Assembly: GCA_049969675.1 (NCBI GenBank)
Contig: JBMFOP010000074.1
Span: 1 to 15,168, forward strand
Length of the DNA stretch: 15,168 bases
DNA from: Myxococcota bacterium
GTDB lineage: Bacteria; Myxococcota; SpSt-1050
Direction: 5' to 3'
Shown: positions 1-7,840 of the stretch, one piece after another
How the letters are laid out: each line of letters begins with the position of its first letter
Numbering within the stretch: the stretch's first letter is position 1
The notes under the pieces: generated by a model
Database searches by the model: none
Seen by the model: only the letters and a program-made list of their open reading frames with translations
Told to the model about the DNA's origin: nothing
Program-made: the position numbers and the translations under genes

Positions 1-368
1 GGTAGATTCCAGGGTTTGATATTTACCTTCTCTCCTATATAGAGATATCTCTTCCCATTTACCTCAAATTCAAATGTATATCTTATTTTAAATTCAGAAA
101 AGTATCTGAGTTCAAGTTTGCCCACAACCTCTGCATCTTCACATAGACCTCCAACTGTTACAAATCCCTTTAAATCGTTCACAAGAAATTTATCGCTTCC
201 AGGGTTTATCCAATCTATGAGATTATCTGTTCCCCACACAACATTGAATGCAAAAGGGAGTTCTCCCTCTGGACCAGATCCATTTTCAAATCTGTGAGTC
301 CCGCTCATAACCTCTCTCATCTCAAAACCGAATCTCTTCTGCGAAAGTCTCTGTAATATATTCAGCAT
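1..368 (-). CDS. Hypothetical protein, 5' part only (runs off left edge); not in ORF track
   Basis: Manual translation from ATG at 368: MLNILQRLSQKRFGFEMREVMSGTHRFENGSGPEGELPFAFNVVWG...GFVTVGGLCEDAEVVGKLELRYFSEFKIRYTFEFEVNGKRYLYIGEKVNIKPWNL, 122 codons with no stop. SD GAGGT (373-377) overlaps the SDR stop codon. Confidence 0.8.
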   Translation of the reverse strand, partial: MLNILQRLSQKRFGFEMREVMSGTHRFENGSGPEGELPFAFNVVWGTDNLIDWINPGSDKFLVNDLKGFVTVGGLCEDAEVVGKLELRYFSEFKIRYTFEFEVNGKRYLYIGEKVNIKPWNL

Positions 369-375
369 AAATACC

Positions 376-1182
376 TCACTTTCTCCTGGTCAACAACATT
401 GCAGATGTTGTACCTAACACATCCTGAGCGAATGGAATAAATTGCGAATAGAATCCGACCTCATTAAAAATAGAGACCTTCTCAACCTTCTTCTCCTTCT
501 TGATCGCCTTAAGAATGATCTTTGCCACGGTCTCGGGCTTCATTGAATAATATGGCACGAGTTTCATAGAGAGTTTTGCACTGAATGTCTCACCTTCAAT
601 ATCCTTATAAAAAGGGGTATTGACCATAAATGGATAAACAGTGGTCACACGGATGTTGTATTTTTTCGCTTCATAGTACAGTATCTCTGAAAAGACCCCT
701 AAAGCCGCCTTTATACTTGCATAGGCGCCCCAGCCGGGGAGTTTAAAAAATGCCTGACCCGATGAGACATTGATAATATGTCCGTCCCCTGCGCTTCTCA
801 TTGAATTAAGAAATGCATAAGTATGGTAAATTGGCCCCATCAGATTTACATTTATCAATTTTCTCCAGACATCTATAGGGGTATCAATAAGGTCTTTTGA
901 ATATCCTATGCCTGCATTATTGATGAGTATATCCAGGTTCCCATCAGATAGAATAGTTCTGGCAACTGAATTTACTGCATTCTCATCAGAGACATCATAT
1001 ACAAAATATTTTACATTGACACCATCAGCCTTAAGGGATTCCGACAGTGTCTTAAGCCCTGATTCATTTATATCAGAGAGGTAGAGAATCGCCCTCTCCT
1101 TTGCAAGGAGTTCCGATAAAGACCTCCCGATTCCACTTGCTGCACCAGTTACAAGTATTCGTTTTGATTCCAGCCTCTTCAT
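376..1182 (-). CDS. Short-chain dehydrogenase/reductase (classical SDR)
   Basis: TGAASGIG Rossmann motif, NNAG, NVSS and catalytic YxxxK (YASIK); 268 aa. Confidence 0.93.
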   Translation of the reverse strand: MKRLESKRILVTGAASGIGRSLSELLAKERAILYLSDINESGLKTLSESLKADGVNVKYFVYDVSDENAVNSVARTILSDGNLDILINNAGIGYSKDLIDTPIDVWRKLINVNLMGPIYHTYAFLNSMRSAGDGHIINVSSGQAFFKLPGWGAYASIKAALGVFSEILYYEAKKYNIRVTTVYPFMVNTPFYKDIEGETFSAKLSMKLVPYYSMKPETVAKIILKAIKKEKKVEKVSIFNEVGFYSQFIPFAQDVLGTTSAMLLTRRK

Positions 1183-1183
1183 A

Positions 1184-1834
1184 CTAATCTCCTTTCTTTA
1201 ATGGTTCTGGTTTGCCAACGAGCCCATAGAATGCAAAATCCACAACCTCATTTATTATCCTATCCACATCCTTCTCGTCCACTACCCCGCTAATCCACAT
1301 ATTCAGGAATGAAAATCCAAGTCCCACGACGGATTTTGAGACAATCTCCGAATCACACCTTCTTGCAAAGCCTTTTTTGATAGCATAATCCAGATAATAC
1401 TTTGCAAGCTCCGCAAATCTCATCTGAAGATCAAGAATCTTCCTCTCAAGTCCCCTATCAACAGTTATCGCCTCTTTAACAAATATCTGCACCAGTTCTC
1501 TATTTTCAATTACAATATCAATCATTCGTCTGATTGCTCTGATTGAAGCCTCTCTATACTCTTCACTATTCTTTGGTAATTCATTACTCATTTCAGAGAA
1601 GGATAGAAGCAGCTTCTCCACCAATTCACCTATCAGATTTTCAAAGATATCACGCTTATCAATAAAATTCCTGTAAAAAGTCCCCTGTCCAACCCCAGCC
1701 CTCTGTACGATCTCTGAGACGATTGTATTGTGATACCCCTTCTTTGCGAATATCTCTTTCGCCGCCTTGAGAAGCCTCCTGCGGGTCAATTCCTTCTTCT
1801 CAAGATTCTTTAATTTTCTAAGCTCTGAAATCAT
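1184..1834 (-). CDS. TetR/AcrR family transcriptional regulator
   Basis: N-terminal HTH (RRLLKAAKEIFAKKGYHNTIVSEIVQRAGVGQGTFYRNFIDK); SD GAGGT upstream; stop lies 1 nt before the SDR start. Confidence 0.95.
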   Translation of the reverse strand: MISELRKLKNLEKKELTRRRLLKAAKEIFAKKGYHNTIVSEIVQRAGVGQGTFYRNFIDKRDIFENLIGELVEKLLLSFSEMSNELPKNSEEYREASIRAIRRMIDIVIENRELVQIFVKEAITVDRGLERKILDLQMRFAELAKYYLDYAIKKGFARRCDSEIVSKSVVGLGFSFLNMWISGVVDEKDVDRIINEVVDFAFYGLVGKPEPLKKGD

Positions 1835-1855
1835 ATCTTAACTACCTCAAAACCA

Positions 1856-1888
1856 TATATACACGAGATGGACGGACCTGTCAATCTC
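1856..1888 (-). promoter_or_regulatory. Sigma70 promoter of the tetR operon overlapped by a palindromic operator
   Basis: Minus strand TTGACA (1884-1879)-N17-TATATA (1861-1856). The imperfect inverted repeat GAGATgGAC-ggacct-GTCaATCTC (1865-1888) covers the -35 and most of the spacer. Confidence 0.75.
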
Positions 1889-1950
1889 ATTTTAGAATAT
1901 TTTTATTAAAAGTCCCAAAGTAATCTGAAAAATCAATGAACTTTTATCAT

Positions 1951-1978
1951 TTGCATAATTTGATTTAATTGTTATATT
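1951..1978 (+). promoter_or_regulatory. Probable sigma70 promoter for tatD
   Basis: TTGCAT (1951-1956)-N16-TATATT (1973-1978) with TG at the extended -10 position; SD AGGAG before ATG 1997. AT-rich context weakens the call. Confidence 0.45.
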
Positions 1979-1996
1979 TTCTTTCAGGAGCATTTT

Positions 1997-2830
1997 ATGG
2001 TACTGATTGATACACATCTACATCTGAGTTCACCAGACTACAAAGAAGATATTGAGGCTGTCATATCGCGGGCAAAGACCTCAAATGTAAAATACTTTAT
2101 TACCATTGGTTCTGGCTATGGGGCTGATAACTTTTTAAGTACCATAGAAATCTCTAAAAAGTATAATCTCTTCTTCGCACTGGGCGTTCATCCGCACGAC
2201 GCTGATATGGGATTGAAGATAGCGTCTCCAAACTCTATCTATTATGAGAAGACCGATGAGATTCTACAGAAGATTAGAGAGGCATCTAAAAACATAAGGA
2301 TGGTAGGTATTGGTGAGATTGGACTGGATTACTACTACGAATATTCCAATAAAAAGATTCAACGTGAGACATTTGCAAGATTTGTTGACTTTTCCTCATC
2401 AATTGATATGCCAGTAATAATTCATTCAAGGGATGCATTTTCAGATACATTAGATATTATCAAATCAAATCGGAATGGTACAAAGGGTGTCTTCCATTGC
2501 TTCTCTTACAACCTTGAGATGGCTAAAGCGGTTCTGGATATGGGCTTTTATATCTCCATACCCGGCATTGTGACTTTTAAGAAGTCAACAGATATGCAGG
2601 GAGTCACAAGATATATTCCAGAGGATAGGATTCTTGTTGAGACAGATGCACCATTTTTAGCCCCGGTCCCATATAGAGGTAAGAGGAACGAACCATCATT
2701 TATTGTGGAGACATATAAAACAGTTGCATCTATCAGAGGAACAACAGTGGAGGAGCTCTCACATATAGTATTGAAAAATGCGATCTCCTGTTTCAGAATA
2801 AGAAAGGAAGATTTAGTTGATACCGATTAA
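1997..2830 (+). CDS. tatD: TatD family metal-dependent hydrolase/DNase (YcfH-like)
   Basis: DTHLH, GVHPHD, IGEIGLDYY, IIHSRDA, HCFS, ETDAPFLAPVPYRGKRNEP motifs. Confidence 0.95.
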   Translation: MVLIDTHLHLSSPDYKEDIEAVISRAKTSNVKYFITIGSGYGADNFLSTIEISKKYNLFFALGVHPHDADMGLKIASPNSIYYEKTDEILQKIREASKNIRMVGIGEIGLDYYYEYSNKKIQRETFARFVDFSSSIDMPVIIHSRDAFSDTLDIIKSNRNGTKGVFHCFSYNLEMAKAVLDMGFYISIPGIVTFKKSTDMQGVTRYIPEDRILVETDAPFLAPVPYRGKRNEPSFIVETYKTVASIRGTTVEELSHIVLKNAISCFRIRKEDLVDTD

Positions 2831-3545
2831 AGACGACATTCCATCCCGAACCTTCCCCATCGTCAATATTACATTGATAATATTGAACATCTTCTTCTTC
2901 CTCGTAGAGATATCATTTGGTTCAAAATTGAATCTACTATTTAATAGCTTCGGTGTTGTTCCTGCAAAATTCTTTGCGAGTTACTATATCGCAGGTGACA
3001 GAATTGTATATGTAGGAGTTGCAGACAGAATAATTCCACTCTTTACATCAATGTTTTTACACGGCGGATGGTTTCATCTGCTCGGGAATATGCTCTATCT
3101 ATGGATATTTGGAGACAATGTGGAAGATAGGATGGGGCATTTCAGATATCTCATCTTTTACATACTCTGTGGACTCATTGCAAATATCACACATATCATC
3201 TTTAATCCCTCTTCAGGGATCCCATCTGTTGGTGCATCCGGTGCGATCGCTGGTGTGCTCGGTGCATATATGCTCTCATATCCCACAGCGAGGGTGGTTG
3301 TTTTGCTAATATTATTCTTTTATATAGATTTCGTTGCCCTCCCGGCACTGATTGTACTCGGTTTCTGGTTTGTAATACAGTTCTTCTCTGGAGTTTTGAG
3401 TCTGGGTGTAGAGAATGCCTCCAGCGGCGGGGTCGCATGGTGGGCTCATATTGGTGGATTTATTGCCGGTATGGCTCTGCTATTTGTATTTAGAAAGAAA
3501 AATTATTACATATCTGGAAGAGACCTCTGGTGGATCAGAAGGTGA
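2817..3545 (+). CDS. Rhomboid family intramembrane serine protease
   Basis: TSMFLHGGWFHLLGNMLYLWIFGDNVED, catalytic GASGA and AWWAHIGGF; TTG start overlaps the tatD end. Confidence 0.95.
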   Translation: MIPIKDDIPSRTFPIVNITLIILNIFFFLVEISFGSKLNLLFNSFGVVPAKFFASYYIAGDRIVYVGVADRIIPLFTSMFLHGGWFHLLGNMLYLWIFGDNVEDRMGHFRYLIFYILCGLIANITHIIFNPSSGIPSVGASGAIAGVLGAYMLSYPTARVVVLLILFFYIDFVALPALIVLGFWFVIQFFSGVLSLGVENASSGGVAWWAHIGGFIAGMALLFVFRKKNYYISGRDLWWIRR

Positions 3546-3548
3546 TTA

Positions 3549-4217
3549 CTATTTCAATACAACAAGGGCATCTATGGCGACTGGCTCACCATCTTCAAAC
3601 ATTATTGGGTTGATATCTACCTCTGAGATCTCCTGAATCTTCTCCGGGATTTTTGAGAGATTTACCATCATCTCTTTTAATCTCTCTATATTTACTGCCT
3701 TAAAGCCTCTAATCTCTTTTAAGAGCGCTGAGGATTTTACCTCTAAGAGCATCTCCCCTGCATCGCCCTTTGTAATAGGGCAGATTCTGATTGAGATATC
3801 TTTTAATGCCTCCGTAAATATGCCACCCAATCCAAATAGAATTGCATAACCAAACTGGATGTCATATTTGAGGCCAAGTAAGAACTCCCTCCTGTCGATA
3901 ATCTGTCTTGAGATAAGTACCCCTTCCACCCCTTCCACTCCCTTTAGTTCCTCAACCTCCTTCTTTAATTCAGCCTCATTCTTTATCCAGAGTCTCACCA
4001 GATTCCTCTCCGTCTTATGTGCTATACCCTTTGAGATGCCCTTTGCCACAAGAGGAAAACTTAGATTTGAAATCACTGATAGCTCTGAGATATCTCTTAC
4101 AAATATCTCCTCTGCAAGAGTAATACCGAACTCACGAATAATCTCCTTTGATTCATACTCTGAGAGTGTCTTCCTCCCTTCTATCTGTGCCTTCTCAATA
4201 ATCTCTTTGTAATCCAT
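3549..4217 (-). CDS. Stand-alone ATP-grasp domain protein of the ADP-forming acetate/acyl-CoA ligase beta-subunit type
   Basis: LSEYESK, FPLVAK..S..IAHKTE, FG..ILFGLGGIFTEALKDIS, EVDINP..AIDA motifs; 222 aa. Confidence 0.85.
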   Translation of the reverse strand: MDYKEIIEKAQIEGRKTLSEYESKEIIREFGITLAEEIFVRDISELSVISNLSFPLVAKGISKGIAHKTERNLVRLWIKNEAELKKEVEELKGVEGVEGVLISRQIIDRREFLLGLKYDIQFGYAILFGLGGIFTEALKDISIRICPITKGDAGEMLLEVKSSALLKEIRGFKAVNIERLKEMMVNLSKIPEKIQEISEVDINPIMFEDGEPVAIDALVVLK

Positions 4218-4218
4218 C

Positions 4219-4611
4219 TCATTCTCCTATCTTGAATATTTCAGGTAGTAATTTTGATATCCTGTACTTTCTAAAACCCCCCTTTGAGTCAAAGAGATAT
4301 ACATCAATATCCGGTGCAATCTCCGCTATAAATTGTCTACAGATTCCACAGGGCGGGATAAAATCAAATCTGTTTGAGATTATTCCAATCGCCTTAAACT
4401 TTGAAAACCCCTCTGAGATAGCCTTTGTAAGGGCAACCCTCTCTGCACATATAGTTGCACCATAACTTGAGTTTTCAACATTGCACCCTGCAAAGATAAA
4501 GCCATCTTTTGTTATAACGGCAGAACCTACCTTTATTTTTGAATATGGAGAGTATGAATTCTTCATAACTGCCCTTGAATGTTCAAATAATGTCTCGGGG
4601 ATATTCTTCAT
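4219..4611 (-). CDS. cdd: Cytidine deaminase (homotetrameric type)
   Basis: YSPYS, GCNVEN, CAER and PCGICRQ zinc motifs; ATGA overlap with the upstream phosphorylase gene. Confidence 0.95.
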   Translation of the reverse strand: MKNIPETLFEHSRAVMKNSYSPYSKIKVGSAVITKDGFIFAGCNVENSSYGATICAERVALTKAISEGFSKFKAIGIISNRFDFIPPCGICRQFIAEIAPDIDVYLFDSKGGFRKYRISKLLPEIFKIGE

Positions 4612-5429
4612 AGACTTTTTATTACCTCCGAAATTAACCTGAAAAATCTATCTTTAATCCGCTCTGCTACATCGCTTACATCTGAATGCGAGAGCCTCAC
4701 CCTCTCAATCCCCGCAGCCATATTTGTAATTGCGGAGAAGCCGAGCACCTCCACACCCATATGATTTGCCACAATAACCTCAGGCACAGTTGACATCCCA
4801 ACTGCATCCGCACCGATCCTCCTGAGATATCTAATCTCCGCCGGTGTCTCATAAGATGGACCATGCATCGCCGCATATACACCTTTTTTAAGCTCTATCT
4901 TCAGTCTTCTGGCACACCCCTCTGCAATCCTCCTTAATCTCTCTGAATAGGCATAGGTCATATCGGGGAATCTCTGTCCCAACTTATCAATATTCCTCCC
5001 GATCAGAGGTGAATCCCCCATAAGATTGATATGGTCTGTAATCAGCATTATATCCCCCTTTTTGAATAGCCTATTAATCCCGCCAGCGGCATTTGTCACA
5101 ATCATTCTTTTTACACCAGAATAGAAGATTGACCTGAATGGCAGGGCTATCTCCCTCATTGAGTACCCCTCGTAATAATGAAACCTCCCCTTCATAAGAA
5201 GGATGTCCTTATTATAAATCCTGCCTTTTATCAGAAGTCCTTCATGACCCGCCACAGTTGAAACTGGGAAACCTTTTAGACTCTTATATGGAATGGCTAT
5301 TCTATCTTTTAAGATATCTGCAACAAATCCGAGCCCGGAGCCCAGGACCAGCAAAGTCTCCGGGATTGAACCAAACCTTTTCTTAATAATATTACTTAGA
5401 GCCTCTATCTTATAAAAATCATCCTTCAT
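4608..5429 (-). CDS. punA: Purine nucleoside phosphorylase (trimeric PNP I/xanthosine phosphorylase family)
   Basis: LGSGLG, STVAGH, GRFHYYEG, TNAAGG, GPSYETPAE, VGMSTVPE motifs. Start moved from 5498 to ATG 5429, which follows the SD GAGGTG. Confidence 0.92.
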   Translation of the reverse strand: MKDDFYKIEALSNIIKKRFGSIPETLLVLGSGLGFVADILKDRIAIPYKSLKGFPVSTVAGHEGLLIKGRIYNKDILLMKGRFHYYEGYSMREIALPFRSIFYSGVKRMIVTNAAGGINRLFKKGDIMLITDHINLMGDSPLIGRNIDKLGQRFPDMTYAYSERLRRIAEGCARRLKIELKKGVYAAMHGPSYETPAEIRYLRRIGADAVGMSTVPEVIVANHMGVEVLGFSAITNMAAGIERVRLSHSDVSDVAERIKDRFFRLISEVIKSL

Positions 5430-5554
5430 AATCACCTCACAAATAACGGTATTCTTATAACACAAAAATAAAATTTGAGTAAGCAAATTTAAGGACATTT
5501 GCTCTTCTCACCATCACCATATACTCGCCATCTATTAAAATTATTATAGCGTTC

Positions 5555-5622
5555 CACACCTGCCCAAAATAAATTTTGATTGAAACCCCAAATAATATTC
5601 ACAACTGTCCAAAATAATTTTT
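5555..5622. repeat. Imperfect direct repeats in divergent intergenic region
   Basis: CACACCTGCCCAAAATAAATTTT (5555-5577) and CACAACTGTCCAAAATAATTTTT (5600-5622) match at 20/23 positions, 45 bp apart, with a partial copy CCCCAAATAA (5586-5595) between them. Confidence 0.55.
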
Positions 5623-5833
5623 TAAGAATATTTTACAGATAAAAACCATGAGAGGAGGCTCCCTTTGAATAAATATAGCAGTATCTCCGGACAGATCTAT
5701 GATTGATGTATGCAGATTCCACAGATATTTTCAAAGAATGATTTTTGCAGGGCAACATATGAGACGAAGGATTATTATGGGGTAAAGTGATTTGGTTGTT
5801 GTGAGAAATAATTTTTTTGAAAATATTTGAAAA

Positions 5834-5842
5834 TGGTATAAT
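5834..5842 (+). promoter_or_regulatory. Extended -10 promoter element for the radical SAM gene
   Basis: TGGTATAAT (TGn-TATAAT) ends 11 nt before ATG 5854; no SD is visible, implying a very short leader. Confidence 0.5.
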
Positions 5843-5853
5843 ATTTTAATGTA

Positions 5854-6840
5854 ATGCTTATGGGTGTACCGAGGTATCTATATCTTACAATAACAAGAGA
5901 ATGTAATCTGAGATGCCAGCAGTGTCACTTCTGGACATATAAAGACCCGATTGATAGACTGAGTATCTCTGAATATTTAAATGTTATAGACCAGTTTTAT
6001 GAGATAAATCCAGAGGGAATTGTGGTGATAAATGGAGGTGAGCCGACGATCCATCGTGAGGAATTCTTTGAAATTACAAATTATATAAAAAGACTTAATA
6101 TGAGGTCTGCCTGTGTAACAAATGGCTACAACTTTGAGGATGATATTTGTAGACGAATGATAAAAGAGGGTCCCACATATCTGACCATCTCACTTGATAG
6201 TCATATCCCCGAGATACACAACAGATTGAGAGGGAGGGAAGATGCATTTGATAAGACTATATCTACAATAAAACGGCTGGTATATTATTTAAATGGTCAG
6301 AATGCATCAACTCTGGAACTCACCGTCACTACTATAATATTTGATGAAAATATTAAATACCTTCCTCAGTATATTGAATTTATAAGAGGGATTGGAGTCA
6401 GAGGGGTGCTCTTTCAGATAATAAATCCTACATTTGCACGCATTTCAAAGGAGGATAAATTTTTCAATGAACACTTCTTCAAAAATAAATCAGAGGCAAT
6501 AACTCATATTAAAATGGTATATGAAAAATACAAGAATGATTCATTTGTATTTCTTTCTGAGAGTGAGGTAAACTGGATCTGCTCTTATATTGAAAATCCA
6601 GATTTCTTATCTGAACCTGTCTGCGATTCACACAACAAGAATATATTTCTTGAACTAACAGGGGATATAGTGCTCTGTGCCCATATGCGAAATTTTAATA
6701 ATGGGGCCGCAATAGGAAATATTAGAGAGAAAAGACTGAAAGATATCCTCAATTCCGATATCGCACAAAAGATGAGAGGTATAATGGAGAGGTGCAGAAA
6801 GAACTGCGGACTCCTTGCCTGCCATAAGAAGGATACATAG
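5854..6840 (+). CDS. Radical SAM protein with C-terminal Twitch/SPASM-like cysteines, substrate unknown
   Basis: CNLRCQQC (CxxxCxxC), GGEP, VTNG, ISLDS..HN.LRG; C-terminal VC...GDIVLC...IGNI...CRKNCGLLAC. Confidence 0.9.
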   Translation: MLMGVPRYLYLTITRECNLRCQQCHFWTYKDPIDRLSISEYLNVIDQFYEINPEGIVVINGGEPTIHREEFFEITNYIKRLNMRSACVTNGYNFEDDICRRMIKEGPTYLTISLDSHIPEIHNRLRGREDAFDKTISTIKRLVYYLNGQNASTLELTVTTIIFDENIKYLPQYIEFIRGIGVRGVLFQIINPTFARISKEDKFFNEHFFKNKSEAITHIKMVYEKYKNDSFVFLSESEVNWICSYIENPDFLSEPVCDSHNKNIFLELTGDIVLCAHMRNFNNGAAIGNIREKRLKDILNSDIAQKMRGIMERCRKNCGLLACHKKDT

Positions 6841-6898
6841 ATTGAACTGTAAATGACCTGAGTTCATAGCACCTTCTAAATCTCAATATAAGTTAAAT

Positions 6899-6918
6899 GG
6901 CGGAGGCTTCGCTCCGCC
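6899..6918 (+). terminator. GC-rich hairpin downstream of the radical SAM gene (possible terminator)
   Basis: GGCGGAG-gcttcg-CTCCGCC, a perfect 7-bp stem; no immediate U-tract on the + strand. Confidence 0.4.
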
Positions 6919-6952
6919 TCGTGGATATAATTAAATCCACTTAAAGTTTTAT

Positions 6953-6981
6953 TTGACTTTTTTACCTTAGTTGAATAAATT
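6953..6981 (+). promoter_or_regulatory. Probable sigma70 promoter for the outer-membrane protein gene
   Basis: TTGACT (6953-6958)-N17-TAAATT (6976-6981), then SD AGGAG (6993-6997) and ATG 7004. Confidence 0.55.
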
Positions 6982-7003
6982 ATATCTCATCCAGGAGATT
7001 GTG

Positions 7004-7840
7004 ATGAGAAGGTATATACTTACTTTTTGCTTTTTATTTTTTGCCTTAAATATTTATGCGGGGCAGAATGATTTGAATCTATCCGCTCTATCTTATTACG
7101 ACTATGTTCAGAGAAGGTATGTAGGAGATGATGAGGCATTCTATAAACTCGCCAATGAATTAGGTGTGGCTATTGCACCAAAACTCCTCTCTCCTGCAAG
7201 CACCCCTGGACAGGCGGGATTTGAGATAGGAGTTGAGACCTCGCTCACCCCTATTAACTCCACTGCAAATTACTGGAAGAAATCAGTTGAGGGTGGACAG
7301 CCATCAGATATGTTAACTGTTGGGACATTTCACCTGAGAAAAGGCTTTCCGCAGAGCTTTGAGGTAGGGACATCCGTCTCTTACATATTCCTTAGCCAGA
7401 TGTTTTTAGGTGGTTTAGAGGCAAAGTGGTCTCTGAATGAAGGATTTTATTATGTCCCGGATCTGGGAGTGAGATTTGCGGTAAACAGACTCTTTAATGC
7501 CAGAGACATTGACCTTACAACTGGAAATCTGGATGTAATACTCTCAAAGACCTTCGGAGTAGGTGGCTTTATGCAGATAACCCCATATTTTGCTTATAGC
7601 TATCTGGAGGTCATCACAAGTAGAAGAACTATAAATGCAACACCATGGGATTCCAGAGATAATGGCGGAGGGTCTGGCTACCCGGTGGATCAGTTTACAT
7701 TTGATTCAAAGTGGCAGTCAAATAACAGATTCTTCTTCGGACTCAAACTTAAGGGACATATAGTAACGACATATTATGAATTTGCACTTGTACCTGATGC
7801 AGTGAATTCTCACTCATTTAAGCTCGCAGCGGACTTTTAA
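7004..7840 (+). CDS. Exported hypothetical protein, probable outer-membrane beta-barrel
   Basis: Start reassigned to ATG 7004 (SD AGGAG 6 nt upstream). Signal peptide MRRYILTFCFLFFALNIYA; alternating amphipathic strands; C-terminal Phe (HSFKLAADF). Stop overlaps the convergent gene's stop (TTAA 7837-7840). Confidence 0.7.
   Translation: MRRYILTFCFLFFALNIYAGQNDLNLSALSYYDYVQRRYVGDDEAFYKLANELGVAIAPKLLSPASTPGQAGFEIGVETSLTPINSTANYWKKSVEGGQPSDMLTVGTFHLRKGFPQSFEVGTSVSYIFLSQMFLGGLEAKWSLNEGFYYVPDLGVRFAVNRLFNARDIDLTTGNLDVILSKTFGVGGFMQITPYFAYSYLEVITSRRTINATPWDSRDNGGGSGYPVDQFTFDSKWQSNNRFFFGLKLKGHIVTTYYEFALVPDAVNSHSFKLAADF

Noticed and set aside
3109..4882. Short ORFs 3109-3309, 3202-3438, 3415-3636, 3859-4212, 4232-4465, 4697-4882
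   Set aside because: Overlap well-supported genes in other frames or on the antisense strand; no motifs.
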